Part shown: positions 1-9,421 of the stretch, piece after piece
How positions within the stretch are numbered: position 1 is the first letter of the stretch
Layout of the letters: each line of letters opens with the position of its first letter
Source: Candidatus Thorarchaeota archaeon
GTDB taxonomy: Archaea; Asgardarchaeota; Thorarchaeia; Thorarchaeales; Thorarchaeaceae
DNA: 54,279 bases
NCBI GenBank assembly: GCA_038893995.1
Contig: JAWAQK010000009.1
Span: 1 to 54,279, forward strand
Direction of reading: 5' to 3'
Program-made: the position numbers and the translations under genes
Notes under the pieces: generated by a model
What the model saw: the letters and a program-made list of their open reading frames with translations, nothing else
Told to the model about the DNA's origin: nothing
Databases searched by the model: none

Positions 1-789
1 CTGCTCGTTTATCTCCTTGAGCATGAAGTGAGGAAAGCCTCCTCTCTCGGCCGAGCGTGGGTCAACGGGGCTGGGCTGCGGCTTCCTATCAAGCGGCCTG
101 CCGTCCTCAATCCTGTAGACGCGTACGTTCTCAGGAGTGAGAACGACCATCTCACCGTCCTGCAAGTATACCACGTTGTTGGTCACGGGAAGGACTGACG
201 GGAGATCGCTGGAAACAATGGTGTCATTGAAACCCACTCCAGCTACTAGAGATGAGCCCATCTTGACTGCATAGATCTCACGCGTGTCGGCTCTTCCAAC
301 TGCAAATGCGTAGGCTCCTTTCAGGTCCCTCGTGGAGAGCCTCACTGCCTCAAACATGTCCCCAGTCTTCTCGTAGTACTTGTCGACTGCGTGGACGCAC
401 AGCTCGCCATCATTCTCAGACCTGACGACATGACCTGTGTCGATCAGCTCCCGTCTATACTCGACATAATTGTGTATGTTTCCGTTATGGGCCCCGTAGA
501 ACATCTCATTACAGCCGAAGTGTGGTTGTGCGTTGACCTTGGTCGGAGCACCATAGGTAGCCCATCTCAGCTGAGATATACCGCGATCTCCCCTCATCTT
601 GGACAGGCCCAGTGATCTGTCAACCTCATCGAGAGTGCCAACGTCCTTTCGCAGGTCGACGCTACCATTCCTGACAACGGCCAACCCGACAGAGTCGTAT
701 CCCCTGTAGGTCAGCTTTCGACTACATTCGACAAGCACCCGTCCTATGTCATCACGTTCCTTGCTGACGACACCAGTGATGCCACACAC
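1..789 (-). CDS. glmS: Glutamine--fructose-6-phosphate aminotransferase, N-terminal part (runs off the left edge)
   Basis: Not in the ORF track. Manual translation from GTG at 789 gives (M)CGITGVVSKERDDIGRVLVECSRKLTYRGYDSVGLAVV..., which has the Ntn-amidotransferase Cys1 and the YRGYDS motif. LRWATYG and HNGNI-like motifs follow. Confidence 0.93.
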   Translation of the reverse strand, partial: MCGITGVVSKERDDIGRVLVECSRKLTYRGYDSVGLAVVRNGSVDLRKDVGTLDEVDRSLGLSKMRGDRGISQLRWATYGAPTKVNAQPHFGCNEMFYGAHNGNIHNYVEYRRELIDTGHVVRSENDGELCVHAVDKYYEKTGDMFEAVRLSTRDLKGAYAFAVGRADTREIYAVKMGSSLVAGVGFNDTIVSSDLPSVLPVTNNVVYLQDGEMVVLTPENVRVYRIEDGRPLDRKPQPSPVDPRSAERGGFPHFMLKEINEQ

Positions 790-924
790 GTCCATGGACC
801 ACCGAGAGTTCTGACAGACACACAAACTGACCGATATTAAGAGTTACGTTGGCCCAATGCCCGGGCGCGAAGCTCTTTTATCGTTGTTTGGAGCATCGTA
901 TTTCCCTGTCGAGGAGTGTGCTGG

Positions 925-1617
925 ATGAGTCGTCAGAAGAGACTCTCACTGCTCCTGCATCCGCTGAGGAGAGAGTTATATACGGTTCTCTGCGAGAATC
1001 CAGGGTCTTACCTCCTCGATTTGGTCAAGATTCTAGAGTCGCCTCCCGGCACGATAACGTGGCATCTCCGGATGCTGGAGAAAGATGGACTGGTCAAATC
1101 AGTCAAGTTTGCTGGAAAGAGGCTATACTTCCCCAAGATGCTCAGATCAGGGGAGGCGGAGAAGGCCTTTTCAGTCCTGAGGAGTGCTACTTCTCGCAGA
1201 ATATTCTCATACGTGATCAATCATCTCGGGTGTCATCAGGAGCAGATAGCTCAGGCCCTAGGTATGCACCATGACACCATTCAGTGGCATACCTCAAGGA
1301 TGGTGCAGGCAGGGCTCATACGCACCGAACAGGATGGCAGGAAGAAGAAACACTACTTGGACTGGCTGGGAGAGGCGCTGATTCAGGGCGGTGTAAACAC
1401 CATAACTGAGGCGTATATCAGATTCCTCATGGATAAGCTCCAAGACGGATGTCTCAACCCAGAGATAGTGGAGAAGACTCCAGAGAAGGTGACAATCCTG
1501 ATTGACTGTCCAGACAAACGACGCAGGTGTCATATAACCATCCGACTCGTCGAGTGGGACTTCCAGGAGATCCCGCAGGACGAAGACAACAGCAGCGCTG
1601 AGAGTCAGTCGGCATGA
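925..1617 (+). CDS. Tandem winged helix-turn-helix (ArsR/COG3398-like) transcriptional regulator
   Basis: Two wHTH repeats (LHPLRRELYTVLCENPG...TITWHLRMLEKDGLV and TSRRIFSYVINHLG...TIQWHTSRMVQAGLI). SD-like GAGGAG at 911-916 lies before ATG 925; the ORF track starts at GTG 916. Confidence 0.85.
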   Translation: MSRQKRLSLLLHPLRRELYTVLCENPGSYLLDLVKILESPPGTITWHLRMLEKDGLVKSVKFAGKRLYFPKMLRSGEAEKAFSVLRSATSRRIFSYVINHLGCHQEQIAQALGMHHDTIQWHTSRMVQAGLIRTEQDGRKKKHYLDWLGEALIQGGVNTITEAYIRFLMDKLQDGCLNPEIVEKTPEKVTILIDCPDKRRRCHITIRLVEWDFQEIPQDEDNSSAESQSA

Positions 1618-1624
1618 CCGGACT

Positions 1625-2347
1625 CTACACCGACTCACCGCGGGCAATCATGAGAGTGCGCTGAATTACTCCAGGCCTACCAAGACCTGCACCTGCAACT
1701 AGGAGCAGTCTACTGCTGTCGAGGCGTGCCACCAGAACAGTCATGTTCTCTGAACCCATGATAAGATGATCCGTCTGCTCCGAGAAGGTAATACCATTCG
1801 CAAACGCAGAACCCGCAAGCGCAGCCACCTCAATATCATCCGGTAGATTCAGGGAACTCAGAGGGAGCCCGTCTGCTGTGAGCACCATCACATGTTCGGC
1901 CTCAGGTATCCTCTGAGATATGAGCGTTGCCAAGTCTCTCTGAACAGGCCCTATCTGCGAACATACAATTTCCTGGACTCGCTCCGCAAGCGTGTGCAAC
2001 CTCGCAACATACGACATCATCTCGACGCCGGGCGGGGAAGCTCTGGTGTCAAGTAAGAACACCAGGTAGCAGTCTGGTTCCAGCAGTACTACGAGCGATT
2101 CCTGATGGTTGACGAGCAATATGTGGTTGGGCCCCTTTTTCCCGAGATGCAACAACAGACTGCTGGCCGCCCACGCGGTCGCAGCAGAGACCGTAGCTAT
2201 GGGCCTGGGGTCAATCTCGGTGTCACGGTGGATCGCAGTGATGACTATCCCTTCCCGATTGCACAGCAGCACCCTGGTAATGCCAGGATACGTAATCATG
2301 GCTTCGCGCAACAGACTCGATACTTCTGCGATAGGACCAGCAGCCAT
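1625..2347 (-). CDS. Protein with two tandem Roadblock/LC7 domains
   Basis: Two repeats of the roadblock pattern: YPGITRVLLCNREGIVITA...IATVSAA and IPEAEHVMVLTADGLPLSS...VAALAGSAF. Confidence 0.8.
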   Translation of the reverse strand: MAAGPIAEVSSLLREAMITYPGITRVLLCNREGIVITAIHRDTEIDPRPIATVSAATAWAASSLLLHLGKKGPNHILLVNHQESLVVLLEPDCYLVFLLDTRASPPGVEMMSYVARLHTLAERVQEIVCSQIGPVQRDLATLISQRIPEAEHVMVLTADGLPLSSLNLPDDIEVAALAGSAFANGITFSEQTDHLIMGSENMTVLVARLDSSRLLLVAGAGLGRPGVIQRTLMIARGESV

Positions 2348-2497
2348 AGTTCAAGGTGGGACATGACGGACTTTTAAGCATTTGACAAGCAGGGAGGCGG
2401 GGGCTCGAGTTCATCGTATCTCCCCATGCGAACGCGATGAACGACATCTTTAAATCAAGCATTCAGCGACCTCACCCAACGCACTGGAGGCAGCATA

Positions 2498-3589
2498 GTG
2501 AGCTCGAGAAGGAGCATACTCGGTTCAATCTTGATAGTTTCTGTCCTGTTTGCCGGAGTCACGGGGATGGTTGTCATCTCCAATCAGTACGATCCCCCCA
2601 GGCTTGCGGTCTTCGTGACGGGTGTCGGACTGGAAGACTATGGCTTTGCCGCCCAGACTGAATCGGGCATCAAGATGGCCCAGAAGGAAACGACCCTTTA
2701 CTATGATGTGTTCGTTACTACTCCCGCACAGGCAGTGCAAATGATGAAGGATGTCTCGGGACAGGAGCGGTACGAGCTTGTGATCGCCATAGGTAATGAT
2801 CTCGCGACAGCCGTAAGCACGGTAGCCCAACTCTATCCAAGACAGAAATTTGCGTTGATTGGAGGAAATGCAACCGAGGCCACAAATGTCTTCTCAGCAT
2901 ACTTCGCTGTTGAACAGGCTGCGTATCTCTCAGGAATTGTAGCGGCACACCTGGTAGCTCAGAGCGGGTACACAAGAGTGATCGGCATTCTGGCGTCGTT
3001 TCAGACAGACCCCGAGATCAGCAAGATCGTGACTGCCTTCAAGAACGGAGTCACGAGGGCAAATACGACATACGGTCTCAATGTCAGGTTTGGACCGGAG
3101 ACCTATCTCCAGAGCACAAGGGACACGACGATGGCCCAATTCTACGCCTATCAGATGTTCACCACACAGAATGTTTCCCTGATATTCGCACCCGTCCGGG
3201 CCAGTCTACCTGGAGTCAGGACAGCAATGGAGAATGCCAGGGCATACTTCCAGACTCACGGACAGCCGAACCGGTTGCCTCTCGTCATCGCAGAGGGAAT
3301 GAATCATGAGATATATGGCCTGCCCAACCCTAGTGTCCTGACAGGCCAGACCTGGATACCGACGAGTGTGGTGACAGCTGCCAATAACGTCACGAATATG
3401 ATAGTAAGCGCCACACTCTGGAACGAATTCATGAGTGGCACATTCGTCTATGGACTCTCGAATTCAGGGGTTGGAATCACGCCATTCGTGTACAGCACGA
3501 CATACATTCAGAACCTACAATTGTTGATGGAGAGGATCAATGAGCACAAGCAAGCGATCATCAATGGTCTGATCGATCCGCTTGCCTAG
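2498..3589 (+). CDS. BMP (basic membrane protein, PnrA/Med-like) substrate-binding protein with N-terminal membrane anchor
   Basis: GLEDYGF...ESGI, YELVIAIG, VAQLYPRQKFALI and FAVEQAAYLSGIVAA motifs; hydrophobic N-terminus. Confidence 0.82.
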   Translation: MSSRRSILGSILIVSVLFAGVTGMVVISNQYDPPRLAVFVTGVGLEDYGFAAQTESGIKMAQKETTLYYDVFVTTPAQAVQMMKDVSGQERYELVIAIGNDLATAVSTVAQLYPRQKFALIGGNATEATNVFSAYFAVEQAAYLSGIVAAHLVAQSGYTRVIGILASFQTDPEISKIVTAFKNGVTRANTTYGLNVRFGPETYLQSTRDTTMAQFYAYQMFTTQNVSLIFAPVRASLPGVRTAMENARAYFQTHGQPNRLPLVIAEGMNHEIYGLPNPSVLTGQTWIPTSVVTAANNVTNMIVSATLWNEFMSGTFVYGLSNSGVGITPFVYSTTYIQNLQLLMERINEHKQAIINGLIDPLA

Positions 3590-3606
3590 CCAATGCAACA
3601 ACCAAG

Positions 3607-4212
3607 ATGGGCAATGAAATGCAAGAAACCCCCGCAGGGCCTGAAGGCGCCAGCCTGGAAGAGTTGACGAGGCTGTGTGAGCGGTCGCAGCTGCTAAAGA
3701 GCATCCAGCGAGCAGGCTGGAGAGTGGCGACTGCAATGGAGGGGCTGGAGTCCGTTGCAGACCATTGCTGGGGGGTAGCGCTCGTATCCATGCTACTCGT
3801 GCGTCAGCTACAGGCCAGTGGTCATCATGTAGATATGGCAAAGACCCTCCAGATGGCCATCCTACACGATCTGTCCGAGAGCGTCATCTCAGACATTCCA
3901 CATAGCGCACTTCAGAGAAGTGACCATCTCCTCCGAATGAAGAGGGAGGCAGAAAGAGCCGCCAACGAGAGGCTACTGCATCAATATGAAGACCTGCTGA
4001 AATTGGTAGAGGAGTACTCTGAACGAGAGACACTCGAGTCTCGGATTGTCGCGGCGGCAGACTTGCTGGACCTCTTGCTGTACGCCAGAAGACTTGAGAG
4101 GTCAGGCGTGCCACACGAGAGTCTTGCTGAGTTCTACAGTTCTGTCGCCGAAGAGGTCGCAGACCTTGACATCGAGATCGTTTCACAGATCGTCAGGCTC
4201 ATCGTCCGTTGA
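3607..4212 (+). CDS. HD-domain 5'-deoxynucleotidase (YfbR/HDDC2-like)
   Basis: LKSIQRAGW, ESVADH, MAILHDLSESVISDIP and ESRIVAAADLLD motifs. Confidence 0.9.
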   Translation: MGNEMQETPAGPEGASLEELTRLCERSQLLKSIQRAGWRVATAMEGLESVADHCWGVALVSMLLVRQLQASGHHVDMAKTLQMAILHDLSESVISDIPHSALQRSDHLLRMKREAERAANERLLHQYEDLLKLVEEYSERETLESRIVAAADLLDLLLYARRLERSGVPHESLAEFYSSVAEEVADLDIEIVSQIVRLIVR

Positions 4213-4848
4213 CGCTGGTTCCAGAAGCCACGGAAAGTCCCGTCTGATCCCTGCTGCGAATTGACGTGCAAGTCTTATCGGCTCGGGTATTCGTCCCTCA
4301 ATGACGAACATGTTGATCACATGTCGGGCGGTGTCACGGTCCATACCAACCACGTTGAGGTACACAGAGTGACCTGTCCTAATCGGAACAAGAATTCTCT
4401 CTCCATTACGACGGATGATCTCCGCCCTTTGATGCCAGTCAGTCGGGAAATATTCTCGAAGATAGTCGTCAACACCGTCAGACGAAGAATAGGAAACGCA
4501 GATCACAGGCATGCCCGATTCTGCGTGTAGTCGGTTCAGGTCAACGACATTGAACCATGACACGATGCTGCCCCCGAGCATCCACGCTCGGACATCGGGC
4601 CTGTTGAGTCGACCAGACATCTGTAGGAGCTCATCTGTGATGTCCATTCCACCGACTCTGGGCCTGCAGAACCCTACTCCGTCGATGCGAAGGTCGCTTC
4701 TCATGACAACTCCCGCAACTATGCTCCGTCCAGCGCTCGGTGAGAAGCTCTCTGCAACACCAAGAACCCTTGCTCCTCTCTTCCAAGACCGGGTCACGGA
4801 ACATACGCCTGGTTCGGTCAGATTCAATCGTTCAACCACAGGGCACAC
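4183..4848 (-). CDS. DUF99 family protein (endonuclease V-like / endonuclease dU)
   Basis: RVLGVAESF, GVVMRSDLRIDG, VGGMDIT, LGGSIVSWFNVVD and GRIPEPIRLA motifs. True start uncertain. Confidence 0.88.
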   Translation of the reverse strand: MCPVVERLNLTEPGVCSVTRSWKRGARVLGVAESFSPSAGRSIVAGVVMRSDLRIDGVGFCRPRVGGMDITDELLQMSGRLNRPDVRAWMLGGSIVSWFNVVDLNRLHAESGMPVICVSYSSSDGVDDYLREYFPTDWHQRAEIIRRNGERILVPIRTGHSVYLNVVGMDRDTARHVINMFVIEGRIPEPIRLARQFAAGIRRDFPWLLEPASTDDEPDDL

Positions 4849-4949
4849 ACCACATAGTCTGCTGGTAGATACGGGTCGTCAGACCAAAGTAACTTTATTA
4901 ATATCAAACCGATGGACGGGTGACAGAGTCTTCCTGGGAGAGTGCCTCC

Positions 4950-5333
4950 ATGTTCGATATGGACTTCGAGCAGCTGCAGGGAAAGCTGAGGCAGATAATG
5001 GAAGAGGCGATATCAGTCACTGCGGGGATAAAAGCATGGATGCTGCTCGCCAGGGAGGGGCTGCCAATATCATATGCTCTGCCGCAAGGTCTTGAAGAGG
5101 CCGAGATTGCCGCCATGGCCGCATCTATCCTTGGTGTTGCAGACCTTGCTGCTGAGAGAATGGAGCAGGGGGCACTGGAGGAGGTCTTACTCACCAACGA
5201 GAATGGCTACGTGATAATGAAGAGCGGCGGCGAGAAGGCGATCCTAGTGATGGCTGCAAACAAGTCTGTAAAGACGGGACTGTTGGTATACGCAGCCAAG
5301 ATGGCATGCGAGAAGATAGCAGCCATACTGTAG
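4950..5333 (+). CDS. Roadblock/LC7 (MglB-like) protein
   Basis: GIKAWMLLAREGLPISY...IAAMAASILGVADLAAERMEQGALEEVLLTNENGYVIM...TGLLVY. ATG 4950 is preferred over GTG 4920. Confidence 0.92.
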   Translation: MFDMDFEQLQGKLRQIMEEAISVTAGIKAWMLLAREGLPISYALPQGLEEAEIAAMAASILGVADLAAERMEQGALEEVLLTNENGYVIMKSGGEKAILVMAANKSVKTGLLVYAAKMACEKIAAIL

Positions 5334-7319
5334 TCAGGACAGGTGGGCCAACCACTGCAATATCTGCCGAACCAACAGGTAGTTTCCAGTTATGCTGTGA
5401 TATACATCTGATAGACCGAAGTTATCCAGAAAGTAGTTCGAACCAGTGATGAGAAGACGACCCCCCATCCCAGATTCTCCAGCGACCATAACGGTCTTGT
5501 TTACTCGACTCACCCCAGCAGCGTCCTGGATCGTGACTGTCGCCCACGCAATCGGCATGAGCGGACTCGAGTAGTTTAGTGTCGAGCCAAGGTAGTCGAA
5601 ACACATCACGTTCAGCGTTACCGGATGCGGTCCTGTCCCGTAGATGAGCATGGTTGAGTCAATGCCGTTCACTACGATCCTGATCGGAGGGAGTGAGTCA
5701 TCCGTGAGCGAGGCATTGAATGCACCGAGCAGTTGGTTGACTGAGACAACACTGGTAGAGCCTGCTCCTGCCACGACAATGAACAGACTCCCGCCAGCTC
5801 TGTAGTAGTCGAGATAGGCCTGGATCTCGGCTAGGGTGTAGTAGAGACTCTCAGTGGTGATCCCAGACCCATATGAGATGACTTTCGAGCACGGGTCGAG
5901 CACTATGACTGCATCGTATCTCGACAAGAGCTGAAAGGTGATCCGCTCCTCCTCCCGAATCTCCTCGACCGATATCCCGAGGGATGTTGCAATACCATAG
6001 AAGAGTCGAAACTGACCATAGATGGAGTCCATCTGCCAGCTGGAACGACTAGTGTCGAAGGCGATCCTTGCAATACTGCGATGTGGTGTGAACGACACCC
6101 GCGTATACATGCCACTGTAGCCACGAGAAGCCATGAACACACCGACATCAAATTCACCAAGAACGAAGTCAACGGGCACCTCGACCCGCAGTTCAAATGA
6201 TGCGGTCTGGTCTATCGTCATCTGCGAGGGACCAACGACAAACTCCGACCCGGGTCCTACATATGAGATGTTCCAACTGTCGAGGCTACTCGAGAAGACC
6301 GATATCCGAACGCTGTACGTACTATTGGTGAACCATCTCTCAAACTGGTACGGGGCTCTACGCGGTGTCACGTAGGAGAGCAACGGAAGCCCATCCCGCC
6401 TGGATGCCATGCGAACACACTCAGCAGATGCCTGTGGGTCTATCAGTCCCTGTCCCACTAGGTACTCAGGATGTTGAAGAGGTCTTGCGCCGGCAAGTAC
6501 TGCAGCCTTCACCATACCTGGGCTCCACCTCCAGCCGTTCATGACACACAATGTGATCAGAGAAACGACTGCCGACGTCACCCGGGGTGCAGCAAAGGAC
6601 GTCCCATAGGACCTACCTTGGTTGTCCACATAGAATCCAGGTGCCGACACGTCGGGCTTCAGAGACCCGTCCCGTAGTGGACCTTGCACAGACCAGTCGT
6701 ATGGATGTAGGTTCTCGTCAACAGCTGCTACAGATATCACCTCCAGCATGGTGGCTGGCACTTTCACAGTTGCAAGGGCCAAGTTGGCAAGATGTGCATT
6801 CCCCACTGCAGCCACCACCGAAACTCCACGCTTGTGGGCATAGCGAATAGCATCCACCACGGGGTCGTGCAAGATATGGGGTCCCCCAATGCTGAGGTTG
6901 ATCACAGTACAGCCCTCCTCGACGCACCACTGCACAGCCTCGGAGATGGCCCACGGCGTTGCTGTGTTGTCCTCAGATACCACCTTGGCATTGACAATCA
7001 CGGCATTGGGTGAGGACTGTATCACGATCCTTGCCACATTGGTACCGTGACGTGTCCCGTTTGGCCTCGAGTCGACTGTGGAGATGTCGTCTGATGAATA
7101 CCCGTTGCTGATCGATATGAAGCTCCTCTGCGCAACTGTCCTCAGCATCAGGTCTTGATCCATGTCGATACCACTGTCAATCACTCCTATTCTGACAGAC
7201 AGGAGCACGTTGCTCGCAACTGGGGACAAGAGAACAAGGGACAGACCCGCAACAAAGATGATGGTTGCTAACAGAACTGCGGTGCCTCGTCGGTATCTGA
7301 GAGAGCCAATTGCTGACAC
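5334..7319 (-). CDS. Membrane-anchored S8 subtilase with C-terminal domains resembling Site-1 protease (SKI-1/MBTPS1)
   Basis: Catalytic triad motifs IGVIDSG, HGTNVA and GTSFAAP, oxyanion AAVGN, and KPDVSAPG. N-terminal TM helix and a C-terminal GATase-like domain. Confidence 0.88.
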   Translation of the reverse strand: MSAIGSLRYRRGTAVLLATIIFVAGLSLVLLSPVASNVLLSVRIGVIDSGIDMDQDLMLRTVAQRSFISISNGYSSDDISTVDSRPNGTRHGTNVARIVIQSSPNAVIVNAKVVSEDNTATPWAISEAVQWCVEEGCTVINLSIGGPHILHDPVVDAIRYAHKRGVSVVAAVGNAHLANLALATVKVPATMLEVISVAAVDENLHPYDWSVQGPLRDGSLKPDVSAPGFYVDNQGRSYGTSFAAPRVTSAVVSLITLCVMNGWRWSPGMVKAAVLAGARPLQHPEYLVGQGLIDPQASAECVRMASRRDGLPLLSYVTPRRAPYQFERWFTNSTYSVRISVFSSSLDSWNISYVGPGSEFVVGPSQMTIDQTASFELRVEVPVDFVLGEFDVGVFMASRGYSGMYTRVSFTPHRSIARIAFDTSRSSWQMDSIYGQFRLFYGIATSLGISVEEIREEERITFQLLSRYDAVIVLDPCSKVISYGSGITTESLYYTLAEIQAYLDYYRAGGSLFIVVAGAGSTSVVSVNQLLGAFNASLTDDSLPPIRIVVNGIDSTMLIYGTGPHPVTLNVMCFDYLGSTLNYSSPLMPIAWATVTIQDAAGVSRVNKTVMVAGESGMGGRLLITGSNYFLDNFGLSDVYHSITGNYLLVRQILQWLAHLS

Positions 7320-7437
7320 CAGAGTGGACCCTGTTGTGATAGGTCCACTGGCATATAAAGCTCAACCGACACGGGAGATCATGACCGCAGACCAAAGCCT
7401 TATCATACCTGAAAGGATGAGGGGGAAATGAAAGACC

Positions 7438-8238
7438 ATGATAGAAGACCCCGACATAGAGGAACTCAACGAAGCATCGACCATACACCTGTTCGTTCCT
7501 GGACAGTTTCTCGAGAGAGAGATCAGTGGTGGTAGGATGCTTGTCGTCATGGGGGTCGTGGGGCTGGCTCTCGTCGGAATGACTCTGATCACGCTGTTGC
7601 TGATTGTGCCACTCATGCAGGCGGGGCTAGTTGAGTTCGACTACGTCCATGGGACCATCAGGATAGCCCCTGAAGCATTTCTGACAATGACGATGGCTGA
7701 ACTCTTCTTTCTGGTCGCCGTGCTTGGATACGTCAGGTACTACAGACTACCCCTATCATCGGTAGGGTTCAAGACAATGTCATTCCCACGAGAGAGCTTG
7801 CTCGGCCTTGGAGTTGGAGGGGTCATGCTGCTCGCCAACATTGCAGTGAATCTCTTCGTGTACACAGCATCAGGATCATCTCCGGAGTCCGTGGATATGC
7901 TTCTGGCACCCACTCCGGCACACCTCCTGGCATGGGTGCTGGTGATGTTCCTGGTCGTTGGACTCGCAGAGGAGGCTCTATTTCGGGGGCTACTTCAGAG
8001 GAGGATGGAGATGTTCCTGAGGCGACGCACGGCAAGCAACAGGTCCTGGGCTCTAGTCATCTCCTCCTTCATATTTGCAGCCGTTCATGGAGACATACTG
8101 GGCATCCCATCCCGCTTCGTCCTTGGCCTGTTTCTCGGCCTTCTCGCACAGAAGACTAGATACTCACTCGTAGCTCCTACTGTGGCTCATGGGCTTAATA
8201 ACTCAGTCGTGGTCCTACTGTCGTATCTCGGATTCTGA
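7438..8238 (+). CDS. CPBP (CAAX/Rce1/Abi) family intramembrane glutamic endopeptidase
   Basis: AEEALFRG, FAAVH and AHGLNN motifs; multiple TM helices. Confidence 0.92.
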   Translation: MIEDPDIEELNEASTIHLFVPGQFLEREISGGRMLVVMGVVGLALVGMTLITLLLIVPLMQAGLVEFDYVHGTIRIAPEAFLTMTMAELFFLVAVLGYVRYYRLPLSSVGFKTMSFPRESLLGLGVGGVMLLANIAVNLFVYTASGSSPESVDMLLAPTPAHLLAWVLVMFLVVGLAEEALFRGLLQRRMEMFLRRRTASNRSWALVISSFIFAAVHGDILGIPSRFVLGLFLGLLAQKTRYSLVAPTVAHGLNNSVVVLLSYLGF

Positions 8239-8257
8239 ATACCCCACAGTGGAGCCG

Positions 8258-9418
8258 TCACGCCAACACACGTTTCATCGAGAACAACAACCAGCCGAGA
8301 AAGACAAGGACTACAGATTCGACCAGAAGTAATGCCACTTCTCCCGAGAATTCTGCGAGCTCTATGCCCTTGAAGGACATGTCTATTATCATTCTTCTGC
8401 CGAGGTTTATGGGATAGACGTCGTCGACAATGCCTACGTCCATGAAACCGGTACCCACGATCAGGGAGGCGAACAGGATGAAGAGGAAGGACTGATTTGC
8501 CTGTAGCCGAGTTGTGACGATAGTCGATATCAACACTCCCAGAGAAGAACCCGATATTGACATCAGGGCCAGTATGAGGTAGATGTTCAGTAGGCTCGTA
8601 TTGGGACGAATACCAAATAGTACCAACCATAGCACCAGCAGAAACAGTCCCTGTACCAGACCTACCGCAAAGTAGGCAAGGGTCTTGGACACTATGGCCT
8701 CCATCTTGGTTGCAGGTGTGAGCAACATACGTCCTAGCGGATCGTCACCAACTATCGCCTGTGCGGCTGTTGCCGACACCGCCACAAAGACCGCAAACAC
8801 GATCATGAATGAACCGAAGGTCGCAGCAATGTAGTTCCCCGACGGCTGAAACTCAAGGACCCGATTGAGTCTGATGTCACGTTGGAGCCAACCATGGTCT
8901 GTCCGAAACTTGGTCACCACGTCGCTGAAGGCAGAGAAGACAGCAGACTGACTCTCGAAGTTTGTGCTGCTGATGTGTATGATAACGAAGGCAGGAATAT
9001 CGTTCGTGATGTTTCCCTCGAAACCGTACGGGATAACTGCATACGCATCAACAAGATCCAGGTATAGATTTCTGAGGGCTTCTTCCTCTGTCTCGACCAG
9101 CTCCACAATGAAATCAGGACTTGCCGCGAGATACTGGGCAAAAGCGGCGGAGAGGTCCTTGTTGGGATAGCCTCCTGATGTATCGAGATCGACTACGTCA
9201 AGCCGTATAGCGTTCTCGCTCTTTCCGCTCTCACCAATGATGGCCGCAGTCGCAGTGTTCTGGTAGATCGCAACATACATCGTGGCCATGACCATTGTGG
9301 GGAGTATGAAGACGAGGACCAGCGCGAACCTGTCATTCTTTATCAGATGGAGTTCCTTCAGGAACATGGACCAGATTCGCCATAGCTTCGAGTTCTTCCT
9401 GCTGGACACCGACGCCAC
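8258..9418 (-). CDS. ABC-2 type transporter permease
   Basis: KELHLIKNDRFALVLVFILP N-terminus, extracytoplasmic VVDLD domain, RMLLTPATKMEAIVSK motif, about six TM helices. Confidence 0.88.
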   Translation of the reverse strand: MASVSSRKNSKLWRIWSMFLKELHLIKNDRFALVLVFILPTMVMATMYVAIYQNTATAAIIGESGKSENAIRLDVVDLDTSGGYPNKDLSAAFAQYLAASPDFIVELVETEEEALRNLYLDLVDAYAVIPYGFEGNITNDIPAFVIIHISSTNFESQSAVFSAFSDVVTKFRTDHGWLQRDIRLNRVLEFQPSGNYIAATFGSFMIVFAVFVAVSATAAQAIVGDDPLGRMLLTPATKMEAIVSKTLAYFAVGLVQGLFLLVLWLVLFGIRPNTSLLNIYLILALMSISGSSLGVLISTIVTTRLQANQSFLFILFASLIVGTGFMDVGIVDDVYPINLGRRMIIDMSFKGIELAEFSGEVALLLVESVVLVFLGWLLFSMKRVLA

Positions 9419-9421
9419 GAC

